Part shown: positions 38,801 to 47,663 of the stretch, one piece after another | Position numbering within the stretch: the first letter of the stretch is position 1 | How the letters are laid out: every line of letters begins with the position of its first letter | Origin: Candidatus Dojkabacteria bacterium | GTDB lineage: Bacteria; Patescibacteriota; Dojkabacteria; JAFGLO01 | Direction: 5' to 3' | Assembly (NCBI GenBank): GCA_016927995.1 | Contig: JAFGLO010000004.1 | Coordinates: 955 to 64,954, forward strand | DNA length: 64,000 nt | Translations under genes and position numbers: made by a program | Notes under the pieces: model-generated | Database searches by the model: none | Seen by the model: only the letters and a program-made list of their open reading frames with translations | Told to the model about the DNA's origin: nothing

Positions 38801-39376
38801 ATGACAACAATACTACCTCAAGCATTTTATCAAAAACCGGCGCTTGAACTTACCCCTATGATTCTTGGAAAATACCTAGTAAGAAAGACGGAAAAAGGTA
38901 TTCTCCCCGGTCAAATCACCGAAGTGGAAGCATATCCATCCTGGGTGGATAATGTTTCTCAGGGCAATAAACGTACACCTAGAACCGAGATTCTATACGC
39001 AGGCCCAGGCTTTACCTATATTTATCTTGTTTACGGTTTGTACTACATGTTGTGCGTGTCTACAAACAAAAAGGCTATTCCTGATTGCGTATTAATAAGA
39101 TCCGTTATTCCGGATGAAGGTGTCGAAATTATGAGAGAAAATTATGGAAGGGAAGTGCAAACTAATAGAGATTTAACGAATTCCCCGGGAAAACTCTGCA
39201 AATCATTTGGAATTTCCAAAGAATTATACGGTGAACCAGTTACTGGGAATAGAATATGGATCGAAGATAGGGGAGTAGTTGTTGATCATTCTAAAATTCA
39301 GAGTACACCACGAATAGGGATTAGTAAAAACCTTAAAGGTTGGGACTTGCCATATCGATTTGTTGTTGTTGATTAA
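38801..39376 (+). CDS. mpg: DNA-3-methyladenine glycosylase (MPG/AAG family)
   Basis: ITEVEAY, YIYLVYGLY, VLIRS, PGKLCKSFGI, TPRIGIS; start placed at ATG 38801. Confidence 0.9.
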   Translation: MTTILPQAFYQKPALELTPMILGKYLVRKTEKGILPGQITEVEAYPSWVDNVSQGNKRTPRTEILYAGPGFTYIYLVYGLYYMLCVSTNKKAIPDCVLIRSVIPDEGVEIMRENYGREVQTNRDLTNSPGKLCKSFGISKELYGEPVTGNRIWIEDRGVVVDHSKIQSTPRIGISKNLKGWDLPYRFVVVD

Positions 39377-39403
39377 TATTATCATTTAGTCTACATTATA
39401 TTC

Positions 39404-41314
39404 ATGATGAATAAGCCTGGAAAATTGCTTATAAAAATCATTCTGTTAGTGTTATCCAGTGCAATCATTGGGTTTTTAATATGGCTACTTACTTTTTCTC
39501 AGATAAAGTCTTTGCTAAGAAAAGATTCAAGTGACGTCTTAGGAGCCGGCAGTGGATCGACCTATTATGTTTCGACCGGCAGCTGTGTCGGTGCCGATTG
39601 TAGTTGTGCTAACGACAGTAACACCGGGTTATATCCCGATTGTTCTTCGGGTGCAGGCAACGGACCATTTGCAACAATTCAGCGTGCCGTAAATGTTGCA
39701 TCGTCCGACAAGTCAATTCAAATTCGTGGGGGTACATACAATCAGAGTGTCTCGATTAATAACAAATCGAATTTATCCATATCAAATTATAACGGCGAAA
39801 ACGTAATTATCAATGGGACCGGAATAAATTTTAACGATTGGGGATCATTAATTACTGTTGAGAATTCAAGCACAATTACCGTTAACGGAATAAGGACTCA
39901 GAACTCAACGTGGTTCGGTTTTTATTGTGCAAATAGTACTTCCGTAACCTTTTCAAATGGGTCTACCTACAATACAAAGTCTTCAGGAATTTATGCTCAA
40001 GATTGTGATCGGATCACCGTAAAAGGTATGGATGTAAATAGAGCTGTAAATGGTGGAAATCAAGAATGTATATCAATTGTTGAATGTACAAATTTTGAGG
40101 TTTCATATAACACTGTATATGGTGGAGTTGCTCAGGATGGCGGTGGTGAAGGGATTGATATTAAGCAGGGTTGCAAAAATGGATCAGTTCATCATAATCA
40201 CGTTTACGATATGACCGATGATGTACTTATTTATATTGATGCATATCATATATTGCAGGAAAACATTCGTGTTTATTCAAATTTTGTTAATTGTACTGCA
40301 GGAAAAGGTGAGATAGGTATTGCTACAGCCGCCGAGCAATCCGGCGGAGTATTAAAAGATGTATATATCTATAACAATATTGTAAGAAATTGTGACTATG
40401 GCGGTATTTCAATAACCGAATGGGATCCTCCCGGGGGATATGGCTATCATCAAAATATCTTTATTGTAAATAATACTGTTTACGGAAATGGGAGAGACTG
40501 GGGAGGGGGAATAGATGTTCGAACTGGACAAATTGTTTCCGGATCGACTGTTACTGTTCAGAACAATATTGCAAGTCAGAATTATGGATGGCAGATAGGC
40601 GTGAAAGACTCTATCGCAAGTAAAGTAGTTACGGGATACAACTTGATTGACGGATATAAAAACTACAAAGAGGACGGAAGGACTGAGGTGGCTCCAACTG
40701 GCACAAATTTTTCCGGATCACCGGCATTTATTAATGTCTCGACCGGGGATTTTCGTTTGCAGGGGACCTCCTCTGCACTTGATAGAGGATTAAATGTCTC
40801 GGCACTTGGTATAAGTAATGATTATGTAGGGACTTCACGGCCTCAAGGCAGTGCCTATGATGTAGGTGCTTACGAACTTATAGTCTCGACCCCGGTAGTT
40901 CCTCCTGAGAATACAGGCACTGACAGTGGGCCTACTATCGTACCCAATTCCCAACCTGATTCGCAAAACGGTGAATCTCCAACCGAGCAAAGTGACAATT
41001 CCTCTTCAGCTGAAATAGATTCATTAGATGGAGAAAATTCTTCCAACGATGACACAGAAGGTCAGCATAATCCAGAAAATGATTCCGTAAGTTCGACTGG
41101 AGCAGAAAAAAGTACTCTTCCGTTAACAGTATTGGGAAAAATACCGACTTCAATTGCGAAATATATTCCGGTTGGCTTATTCATTGCATTATGTGTTTTC
41201 TTATTTCAAGTTTTTGATATCAGTGGAGGATATAAGATAATCAAAAATTTTTTTGTAAATAGAGAACGGAAATTTGGATCCCAAGGTTCTAAAAAAGATT
41301 GGGACTGGAGCTGA
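39404..41314 (+). CDS. membrane-anchored right-handed beta-helix (pectin-lyase-like) protein
   Basis: PFATIQRA, IRGGTY, many Asn-ladder repeats, DFRLQ...SALDRG...DVGAYE; TM at both ends. Confidence 0.8.
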   Translation: MMNKPGKLLIKIILLVLSSAIIGFLIWLLTFSQIKSLLRKDSSDVLGAGSGSTYYVSTGSCVGADCSCANDSNTGLYPDCSSGAGNGPFATIQRAVNVASSDKSIQIRGGTYNQSVSINNKSNLSISNYNGENVIINGTGINFNDWGSLITVENSSTITVNGIRTQNSTWFGFYCANSTSVTFSNGSTYNTKSSGIYAQDCDRITVKGMDVNRAVNGGNQECISIVECTNFEVSYNTVYGGVAQDGGGEGIDIKQGCKNGSVHHNHVYDMTDDVLIYIDAYHILQENIRVYSNFVNCTAGKGEIGIATAAEQSGGVLKDVYIYNNIVRNCDYGGISITEWDPPGGYGYHQNIFIVNNTVYGNGRDWGGGIDVRTGQIVSGSTVTVQNNIASQNYGWQIGVKDSIASKVVTGYNLIDGYKNYKEDGRTEVAPTGTNFSGSPAFINVSTGDFRLQGTSSALDRGLNVSALGISNDYVGTSRPQGSAYDVGAYELIVSTPVVPPENTGTDSGPTIVPNSQPDSQNGESPTEQSDNSSSAEIDSLDGENSSNDDTEGQHNPENDSVSSTGAEKSTLPLTVLGKIPTSIAKYIPVGLFIALCVFLFQVFDISGGYKIIKNFFVNRERKFGSQGSKKDWDWS

Positions 41315-41367
41315 GAAGTTTGTTAATCTTTCAACTGATTTATACTCCATTAACTATTTCTTAAAAC

Positions 41368-41407
41368 TTGACACTCCCCTACTCCGGGTGTAATATCTAT
41401 TACACCC
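41368..41407 (+). promoter_or_regulatory. sigma70 promoter with palindromic operator (candidate LexA box)
   Basis: TTGACA-17-TAATAT; gggtgtaata-tc-tattacaccc at 41386-41407. Confidence 0.75.
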
Positions 41408-41413
41408 CTACGT

Positions 41414-42517
41414 GTGCAGGCTGCCACACAAATGAATCTTTACGACAAAATATCAATCCTTGGGCCATCGGCCAGGTACGATACTTGCGGACCAAAAGAT
41501 TTTGGCCAAACCACAGATATTCCTGGTGTCTACAATGCTAAGACATCTAATGGGAATGTGTGCCGATTGTTCAAAGTGTTACAAACTAACAATTGTCTTA
41601 ATAACTGTAACTACTGTGCCTTTCGGCGTGATAGAGACTCGGCACGAACCACTGCTTCACCCGACGAAATGGCAAAAGCATTTGAAAGTGCATATTCTCG
41701 CCGACTGGTTGACGGTTTATTTTTATCTTCGGGATTAGATAATCAACCCGATGCTACAATGGACAAAATGCTGGCAACAGCAAATATTCTAAGAAAGCAA
41801 TATAATTATCGTGGGTATATTCATTTAAAAGTTATGCCCGGAACCTCCTCTGCCGCACTTGATGCAACAATTGATATTGCCAACAGAATTTCTCTAAACA
41901 TTGAAGCTCCCACCGAAGAATCATTGGCTGTACTTTCTCCTAATAAGCGGCTTAAAAGTGGACTTTTGCATACACTAAGTCTAATCAAGTCTAAATTGAA
42001 GTCACGAAAGTTTAACGGTAAAAAGATACCAAGTTTAACAACACAATTTGTTGTAGGGGCAGGTATTGAAACTGATAAAGAGCTAGTAAAAGCCACAAAA
42101 TTTCTTTATGATAACTTTAAACTGCAACGAGTTTTTTATTCAGCGTTTCGACCTGTTTCAGGGACTCCTTTGGAAGATCATGAACCCGTATCGATAACTC
42201 GTGAGCATAGACTTTATCAGACCGATTTTCTTATGCGATTTTATAACTTTGCGCCGGTTGAAATACCCTTCGATAATTCGGGATTTTTAATGGACTCAAT
42301 TGATCCCAAGACATTATGGGCTAACTTACATCCCGAGGCTTTTCCCGTAAATTTAAACACGGCTACATACTTTGAGTTATTGCGTGTTCCCGGAATCGGG
42401 CCCCAAGCTGCCCAAAAGTTGGTCAAGATCAGGCGTGAATCGCCGATTAAATCGTTTTACTCTCTTCACGGGCTTCGACTTCAGATTGATAAAATGAGTC
42501 GGTGGGTAACTGTATAA
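41414..42517 (+). CDS. putative DNA modification/repair radical SAM protein with HhH
   Basis: CLNNCNYC, GLFLSSG, YIHLKVMPG, REHRLYQTDFLMRFY, LLRVPGIG; alternative start ATG 41432. Confidence 0.88.
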   Translation: MQAATQMNLYDKISILGPSARYDTCGPKDFGQTTDIPGVYNAKTSNGNVCRLFKVLQTNNCLNNCNYCAFRRDRDSARTTASPDEMAKAFESAYSRRLVDGLFLSSGLDNQPDATMDKMLATANILRKQYNYRGYIHLKVMPGTSSAALDATIDIANRISLNIEAPTEESLAVLSPNKRLKSGLLHTLSLIKSKLKSRKFNGKKIPSLTTQFVVGAGIETDKELVKATKFLYDNFKLQRVFYSAFRPVSGTPLEDHEPVSITREHRLYQTDFLMRFYNFAPVEIPFDNSGFLMDSIDPKTLWANLHPEAFPVNLNTATYFELLRVPGIGPQAAQKLVKIRRESPIKSFYSLHGLRLQIDKMSRWVTV

Positions 42518-42594
42518 ATAGGGTTCGTGTAACAAGATATTTTACAGAGTAAAATTTTCCGGAAAACAGATTTGCAAATTGTTGACAATGATTA

Positions 42595-42708
42595 TTAATA
42601 AGCCGACTCAAGGCTAAAGGTTATTTTAAGATTCTCATAGCTGTTAATGCTTGCTTTGTCCATTATTTCAGAAATTACTGGTCCAATGTTTAAAAGTTTT
42701 TCTTTCAT
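42595..42708 (-). pseudogene. possible TfoX C-terminal/HhH-like remnant
   Basis: MKEKLLNIGPVISEIMDKASINSYENLK...ESAY, then a stop after 37 aa. Confidence 0.3.
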
Positions 42709-42735
42709 TTTTTTTAAAATAAAGTTAATACAAAG

Positions 42736-43908
42736 TTATTTTAAATCTTCTTTTTGTTCTAATATTCTGATGAGTCGTTGGTTTAATTCCTGACTTGAGA
42801 CTAATGTGTTTAAATTGGCAATAAGATAGTTTTTAAGTGCGATCGTCTGATTTTTGGAAAGTGCGGTGACTAATATATCGCAACCATTGCCTAACATTTG
42901 TAATCCGGCCTCATCTATTGAAAGTCCGACGGCACCCATTTTAATATCGTCGGAGATAATAAGACCTTTAAATCCGAGTTCACCTCGTAAAATATCTTCC
43001 ATCCATACTTCTGAAAGGCTTGCCATTTTGGAATCGATCTGTGGATAAAGAAGATGTCCAATCATAATAAATGGAACATCGTGTTCAATTGCAGTAATAA
43101 ATGGAATTGCGTCAGATGAAAGCCATGTCTGTTTTGAAATATCGATTGTCGGCAGGAGTAAGTGACTGTCTGTTGTGGTTCTACCGTGACCCGGAAAATG
43201 CTTGGCGGTTGATAAAATATTGTTTTGATTGTAGGTATCAATTGTCACACCAACATGGGATGCAACCTTTTGCGGATCAGCTCCAAATGAGCGTTTTTGT
43301 ATTATTGAGTTTTCTAAGAAAGCAATATCGGCAACTGGAGCAAAGTTTGTATTTATACCTAAGAGCTTTAGATTATCTGCGATGCTTTGAGCGTTTGCAA
43401 TTGTTGTATTTGGGGTGTTAATGTTTCCAAGTTCCTCCTGTGAATATTGAGCCGGAGAAAAAGTTATTCGTTCAACAATTCCGCCCTCTTCATCCACAGC
43501 AATTATAAGTGGAGGAAGTCCTGCGTTTGCTGCCCAGGTCTGAAGATCCGCAGTTAGTTTTTGCGTTTGCGACATTGTCATGATGTTACTTTTAAAAAGT
43601 ATTACTCCTCCGGGTTTTACAGCATTTAAAAGGTTAATGGTGTCTTGAGTTAACGTGGTTCCTTCAATGGAAATAATTAATAGTTGTCCAATTCTTTCCT
43701 CATAGGTTAGTAGGTTGATTTCGTCAAAGTGAGAGTTAAAGTGGTTACTAAAGTTGCTAATAGTAATCGGGTCATCATTATATTTTGGTAGGGGTAAGAC
43801 ATTTGATATGTTGGGGCTTGTTAATCCGGTATATACAATTGTTCCGAATGCTAACAATAAGAAGAAAGGAATTACGAACTTAAGAACGTTAAGAAATTTT
43901 GGTTTCAC
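42736..43908 (-). CDS. nagZ: GH3 beta-N-acetylhexosaminidase (NagZ-like), membrane anchored
   Basis: AVDEEGG, NFAPVAD, RSFG, KHFPGHG...DSH, ISDD. Confidence 0.88.
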   Translation of the reverse strand: MKPKFLNVLKFVIPFFLLLAFGTIVYTGLTSPNISNVLPLPKYNDDPITISNFSNHFNSHFDEINLLTYEERIGQLLIISIEGTTLTQDTINLLNAVKPGGVILFKSNIMTMSQTQKLTADLQTWAANAGLPPLIIAVDEEGGIVERITFSPAQYSQEELGNINTPNTTIANAQSIADNLKLLGINTNFAPVADIAFLENSIIQKRSFGADPQKVASHVGVTIDTYNQNNILSTAKHFPGHGRTTTDSHLLLPTIDISKQTWLSSDAIPFITAIEHDVPFIMIGHLLYPQIDSKMASLSEVWMEDILRGELGFKGLIISDDIKMGAVGLSIDEAGLQMLGNGCDILVTALSKNQTIALKNYLIANLNTLVSSQELNQRLIRILEQKEDLK

Positions 43909-44415
43909 TTATTTTAAGAGTTTAATTAATTCTTGGGAAAACCGAATTGCTGCTGTCGGTCCGTTTGCTGTTACTATTTTTCCGGATACAACAACGGGTT
44001 TATTTATAAATATGGCACCTTTACTTGTAAGAGCTTGTACTTCTCCAGGGAAAACAGTGGATTCTATACTGGTTAATATTCCTGCATTTGCAAGAATTAT
44101 TGGGGCAATGCATATTGCCCCAATAACTTTCCCAAGTTTATATGCAGTGGCAGCAATACTTAAAATTGTTGCATTGTTAAAATAGACTGTTGTGCCGCTA
44201 CCTCCTATAAAGACTACACAATCATATTTCGGGATGTGTACATCGGTGATACTTAAGTTTGGTTTTACCGACGAACCATCCATTGCCGTTGCCTGATCAG
44301 TTGTCGTGGATGCAATTTCTGTAATGTAACCGGCGTTTTTGAACGCATCTAGTGTGGTCGAAAATTCTAAGGGTTGGTATCCCTGAGGGGCAATAACTAA
44401 CAGTACATTTTTCAT
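43909..44415 (-). CDS. DJ-1/PfpI family protein
   Basis: FIGGSG, GAICIAP, IVTANGP; start placed at ATG 44415. Confidence 0.9.
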   Translation of the reverse strand: MKNVLLVIAPQGYQPLEFSTTLDAFKNAGYITEIASTTTDQATAMDGSSVKPNLSITDVHIPKYDCVVFIGGSGTTVYFNNATILSIAATAYKLGKVIGAICIAPIILANAGILTSIESTVFPGEVQALTSKGAIFINKPVVVSGKIVTANGPTAAIRFSQELIKLLK

Positions 44416-44468
44416 ATTACGATATTTTACGCAGAAATCTTCAATTAGTAAACTAGTTGTGCCAGGGC

Positions 44469-44507
44469 TTGACAAACTTGCAAAGCGGGTGTAAAGTTAA
44501 TTACACC
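44469..44507 (+). promoter_or_regulatory. lexA promoter with palindromic operator (candidate LexA box)
   Basis: TTGACA-17-TAAAGT; ggtgtaa-agttaa-ttacacc at 44488-44507. Confidence 0.75.
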
Positions 44508-44688
44508 TTTGGGGTAAAACTTAACTAATTTTATTTTTGATATAGCCTGCTTACCCTCGGAAAGAGGATAAAAAAATTCGCCCAAAAGGTCACAAGCGGG
44601 AGGTAAGCTTTATTGGGAGCTGCCCTTACAGCAAGTTAATTTAATAATAAAGCTTCCTCCCGATACATATAAATTAATCTAAATCTTA

Positions 44689-45321
44689 ATGCCACAAAAA
44701 ATACTTACCGAAATACAAATGCAGATTTTAAACAGCATTAAAAGGTACGTTACCAGGTATGACATGGCTCCTTCGTTAAATGAGCTTCGCGAGGAGTTTG
44801 GATTTTCATCTAAACGTGCGGTGACTTACCAACTTTCTAGGCTTGAACAAATGGGTTATATAAAACGTTCCGGTGATGCTCGTGGTATTGTTGTTGTCGG
44901 TATGCAAAAGGGTAATTTTCTGCCTGTTCCAATTATGGGCTTTGCTAATGCAGGTAGTCCACTTGTAACTGCTCAGGATGAATACCTTGGTGAACTTATG
45001 ATTGACAAGCGGTTACTCTCATCCATAACAAATCTATTTGCGGTAGAAGTAAAAGGTGACTCAATGAACAAGCGCAAAATAGGTGCAGAATTTTTGGCTA
45101 ACGGTTCATATGCAGTTGTTTCAAAGGGCTCAAGCTTTACCAATAACGATGTTGTTGTTGCCATAATAGATAATGGTGTTACTGTAAAAACTGCAAGGAA
45201 AAAAGGATCAATACTCATACTTTTTCCGGAATCAAGTAATCCGGTTCATAAACCGATCTATATCCATGATGAAGAAGATGCCTTTGTTATTGGAAAAGTT
45301 GTTAGTGTATTAGCAGGTTAG
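44689..45321 (+). CDS. lexA: SOS repressor LexA
   Basis: Winged HTH (APSLNELREEFG), Ala-Gly cleavage site ANAG, catalytic VKGDSM and VTVK. Confidence 0.92.
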   Translation: MPQKILTEIQMQILNSIKRYVTRYDMAPSLNELREEFGFSSKRAVTYQLSRLEQMGYIKRSGDARGIVVVGMQKGNFLPVPIMGFANAGSPLVTAQDEYLGELMIDKRLLSSITNLFAVEVKGDSMNKRKIGAEFLANGSYAVVSKGSSFTNNDVVVAIIDNGVTVKTARKKGSILILFPESSNPVHKPIYIHDEEDAFVIGKVVSVLAG

Positions 45322-46076
45322 TCCAGTTGATTTATTGCTTTAAATGCAAGATATGCAAAGGGTGTAAGTAAACCATTTGCATATAGCTCTCTTATCTGAT
45401 CAACCGTAAATGGTTCCCAACCTTCCTGTGTCTGTTCATGCGGCTTGTAGTTGTCGGGATTCAGATATGTAATCCAAGTTAGACAAAGGTGGCTTCTAAT
45501 AACGTGTGTTCCACTTGAGTCAGTACCTCCATGTGTTACGAGAAATGTTCCCAAAGGTTGACTTTCAGAACACTGAGATTGGGTAAGTCTCATTTCTTCC
45601 TGGATTTCTCTGAGTCCTGCGATATCATCATAAAATCCATCATAATGACCACCGGGAATCTCGTATTTTCCGGCATGTGTACCGTTGGGTCTTTGTCTAA
45701 GATAGAAAGTAGATCCATGTTGGTAAATTGGTAATGATGCGCCTATAAGTATTGCAGGATGGTTTATCTGTATGGGAAGCGGAGTACTGCTAGTGTCTCT
45801 GGATGCGTAAAAAAAAATATTACAGCCAAAAGGGTTTGGTCCCAAAACGTACCGGGGTATATTATAACGAGTATGAGCAAGTGTTAACTGATGGGAAAGA
45901 AAATCATTTCGAGCGCAGGAACAAAGCGGATCATCCCTTCCAATTGAATTATCACGTGCAGTTTCTTGGTCTGTTCCAAGGATTGCTATAATGTCCAGTT
46001 CAGGAATGTATAATTCCCGACTGGAATCTAATTGCTCAATTGGAGGAGTTATTTTGGGATCATTCTCGGGAGACAA
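45318..46076 (-). CDS. NUDIX hydrolase domain protein
   Basis: GKYEIPGGH...AGLREIQEEM Nudix box. Confidence 0.7.
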   Translation of the reverse strand: MSPENDPKITPPIEQLDSSRELYIPELDIIAILGTDQETARDNSIGRDDPLCSCARNDFLSHQLTLAHTRYNIPRYVLGPNPFGCNIFFYASRDTSSTPLPIQINHPAILIGASLPIYQHGSTFYLRQRPNGTHAGKYEIPGGHYDGFYDDIAGLREIQEEMRLTQSQCSESQPLGTFLVTHGGTDSSGTHVIRSHLCLTWITYLNPDNYKPHEQTQEGWEPFTVDQIRELYANGLLTPFAYLAFKAINQLD

Positions 46077-46262
46077 GTTTAATAAAAAAATTTAAATTAC
46101 TGCCTAATTTAGCGATTGTATCAAAATAAATTAAATCTATGGTTAGTATTGTTAAATAACATTAACTGAATAACTGAAATTATACTTAACGGCAGCATAT
46201 TTATTTTGACAATAACGATATAATCGGTATACTGGAATAGTATTAAGTTAATTACGTTAATA

Positions 46263-47663
46263 ATGATAAAAACACTAAGATGGATTGTTTCATCACTTTT
46301 AATTTTGATTTTTCTTGTAGTAATCATTGTAGGGACACCAATGGTGTTGTTTTCTCAATATATTACCAACCCTCAGAATATAAAAGATCTTGTTTCTGAC
46401 AGTACACTATATAATAAGGCTCCGGACTTTTTTGTGGATATTATGAAGGATAAAGCTTCGGCAGATCCTTTCCTGCAGGACATACTAAACAATATCTCCG
46501 ATCCGGACAGTGAATCAAGGGAGATTTTTGACAAAGTCTTTAGTGAAGCCAAGCTTGCCGAGCTTGCAAACTCATCAATTGATCAAACCTATAACTTTCT
46601 TTCAGGAAAATCCCCCGACCTTGAGATTAATTTGCAACTTGTCGAGTCGAAAGATGATCTGATAAACATTTTTATTGACACATACAGAATAAAATCTGCA
46701 AGTCTACCCGTATGTACTGATACCAGTGTCGAAATTACGGCAAAAAATATCTATGAACAAAACTGTGTTCCGAGTGGATTTTCTTTTGATGAATTCGAAT
46801 TGGAGTTTAGAAATATGGTTGAAACGTCGAGTGATCTTCCGTTGCAAGATATTTTGGATTCAACAACTGTAAATACTGGGAAACTCCTTAGTAGTAACGA
46901 TGCATCAAGGGTTCAATTGATATTTAGTATTATTAACCAATTTTTAATTGGTTACATATTAGCGATTATTGTAATTGGACTTTTACTAATTCTTATGGTT
47001 CCTGGATTTAGAGTAGGCGTAATTGTTACCGGAATTGTAACCTTTTTAGGTGGGTCAGTTCTTTTTATATTAGGTACTTTAGCCCCATATAAAATTGTAA
47101 GAATTGTTGAAGTTGTAGGATTGGAAGGTTTTGGGTTTGTAGGGAAACTTCTGCCATATATTCAAAGTGTACTTAATAGTCTCTTAACTTGGTTTTATGG
47201 GCAATTTTCTACATGGGGTGTTTATTATATGATTGCCGGCGTGGTTCTTACCGGTATTGCAGTCTTAACTTCATTTTTGGGAAAAGGCAATGGAAAGAAG
47301 TCGCCCAAGCCGGGTGCTACCAATGATAACAGTCAAACCGTATTGCCTAGTGGTCCAACCTTTGAAAAAGAACCAACCAGTGTTAACACGGAAAAGGATA
47401 TAACCGAAGCTACCGACAATTCTTTACTTGATGATTGGAAAAAAGCATCAGATGCAAAATTAAAATCAGAAGATTCTTTAGCTAATGTAGTTGGCACCGA
47501 ATCAACAGATACGATTACAACTACTCAGACGACTACTGATAGCACAAATCCTGTTTCTCAACCCGTTGACACAAGTACTGTTATTGAATCCGAGCCAACA
47601 GAATCGATTACACCGACTGGACAAGGTGTGGTTACTGCAACTAACCCGCAGGACAGCAAATAG
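46263..47663 (+). CDS. membrane protein with extracellular domain and Thr-rich tail
   Basis: N-terminal TM, about 200-aa soluble domain, 3 more TM, low-complexity C-terminus. Confidence 0.7.
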   Translation: MIKTLRWIVSSLLILIFLVVIIVGTPMVLFSQYITNPQNIKDLVSDSTLYNKAPDFFVDIMKDKASADPFLQDILNNISDPDSESREIFDKVFSEAKLAELANSSIDQTYNFLSGKSPDLEINLQLVESKDDLINIFIDTYRIKSASLPVCTDTSVEITAKNIYEQNCVPSGFSFDEFELEFRNMVETSSDLPLQDILDSTTVNTGKLLSSNDASRVQLIFSIINQFLIGYILAIIVIGLLLILMVPGFRVGVIVTGIVTFLGGSVLFILGTLAPYKIVRIVEVVGLEGFGFVGKLLPYIQSVLNSLLTWFYGQFSTWGVYYMIAGVVLTGIAVLTSFLGKGNGKKSPKPGATNDNSQTVLPSGPTFEKEPTSVNTEKDITEATDNSLLDDWKKASDAKLKSEDSLANVVGTESTDTITTTQTTTDSTNPVSQPVDTSTVIESEPTESITPTGQGVVTATNPQDSK

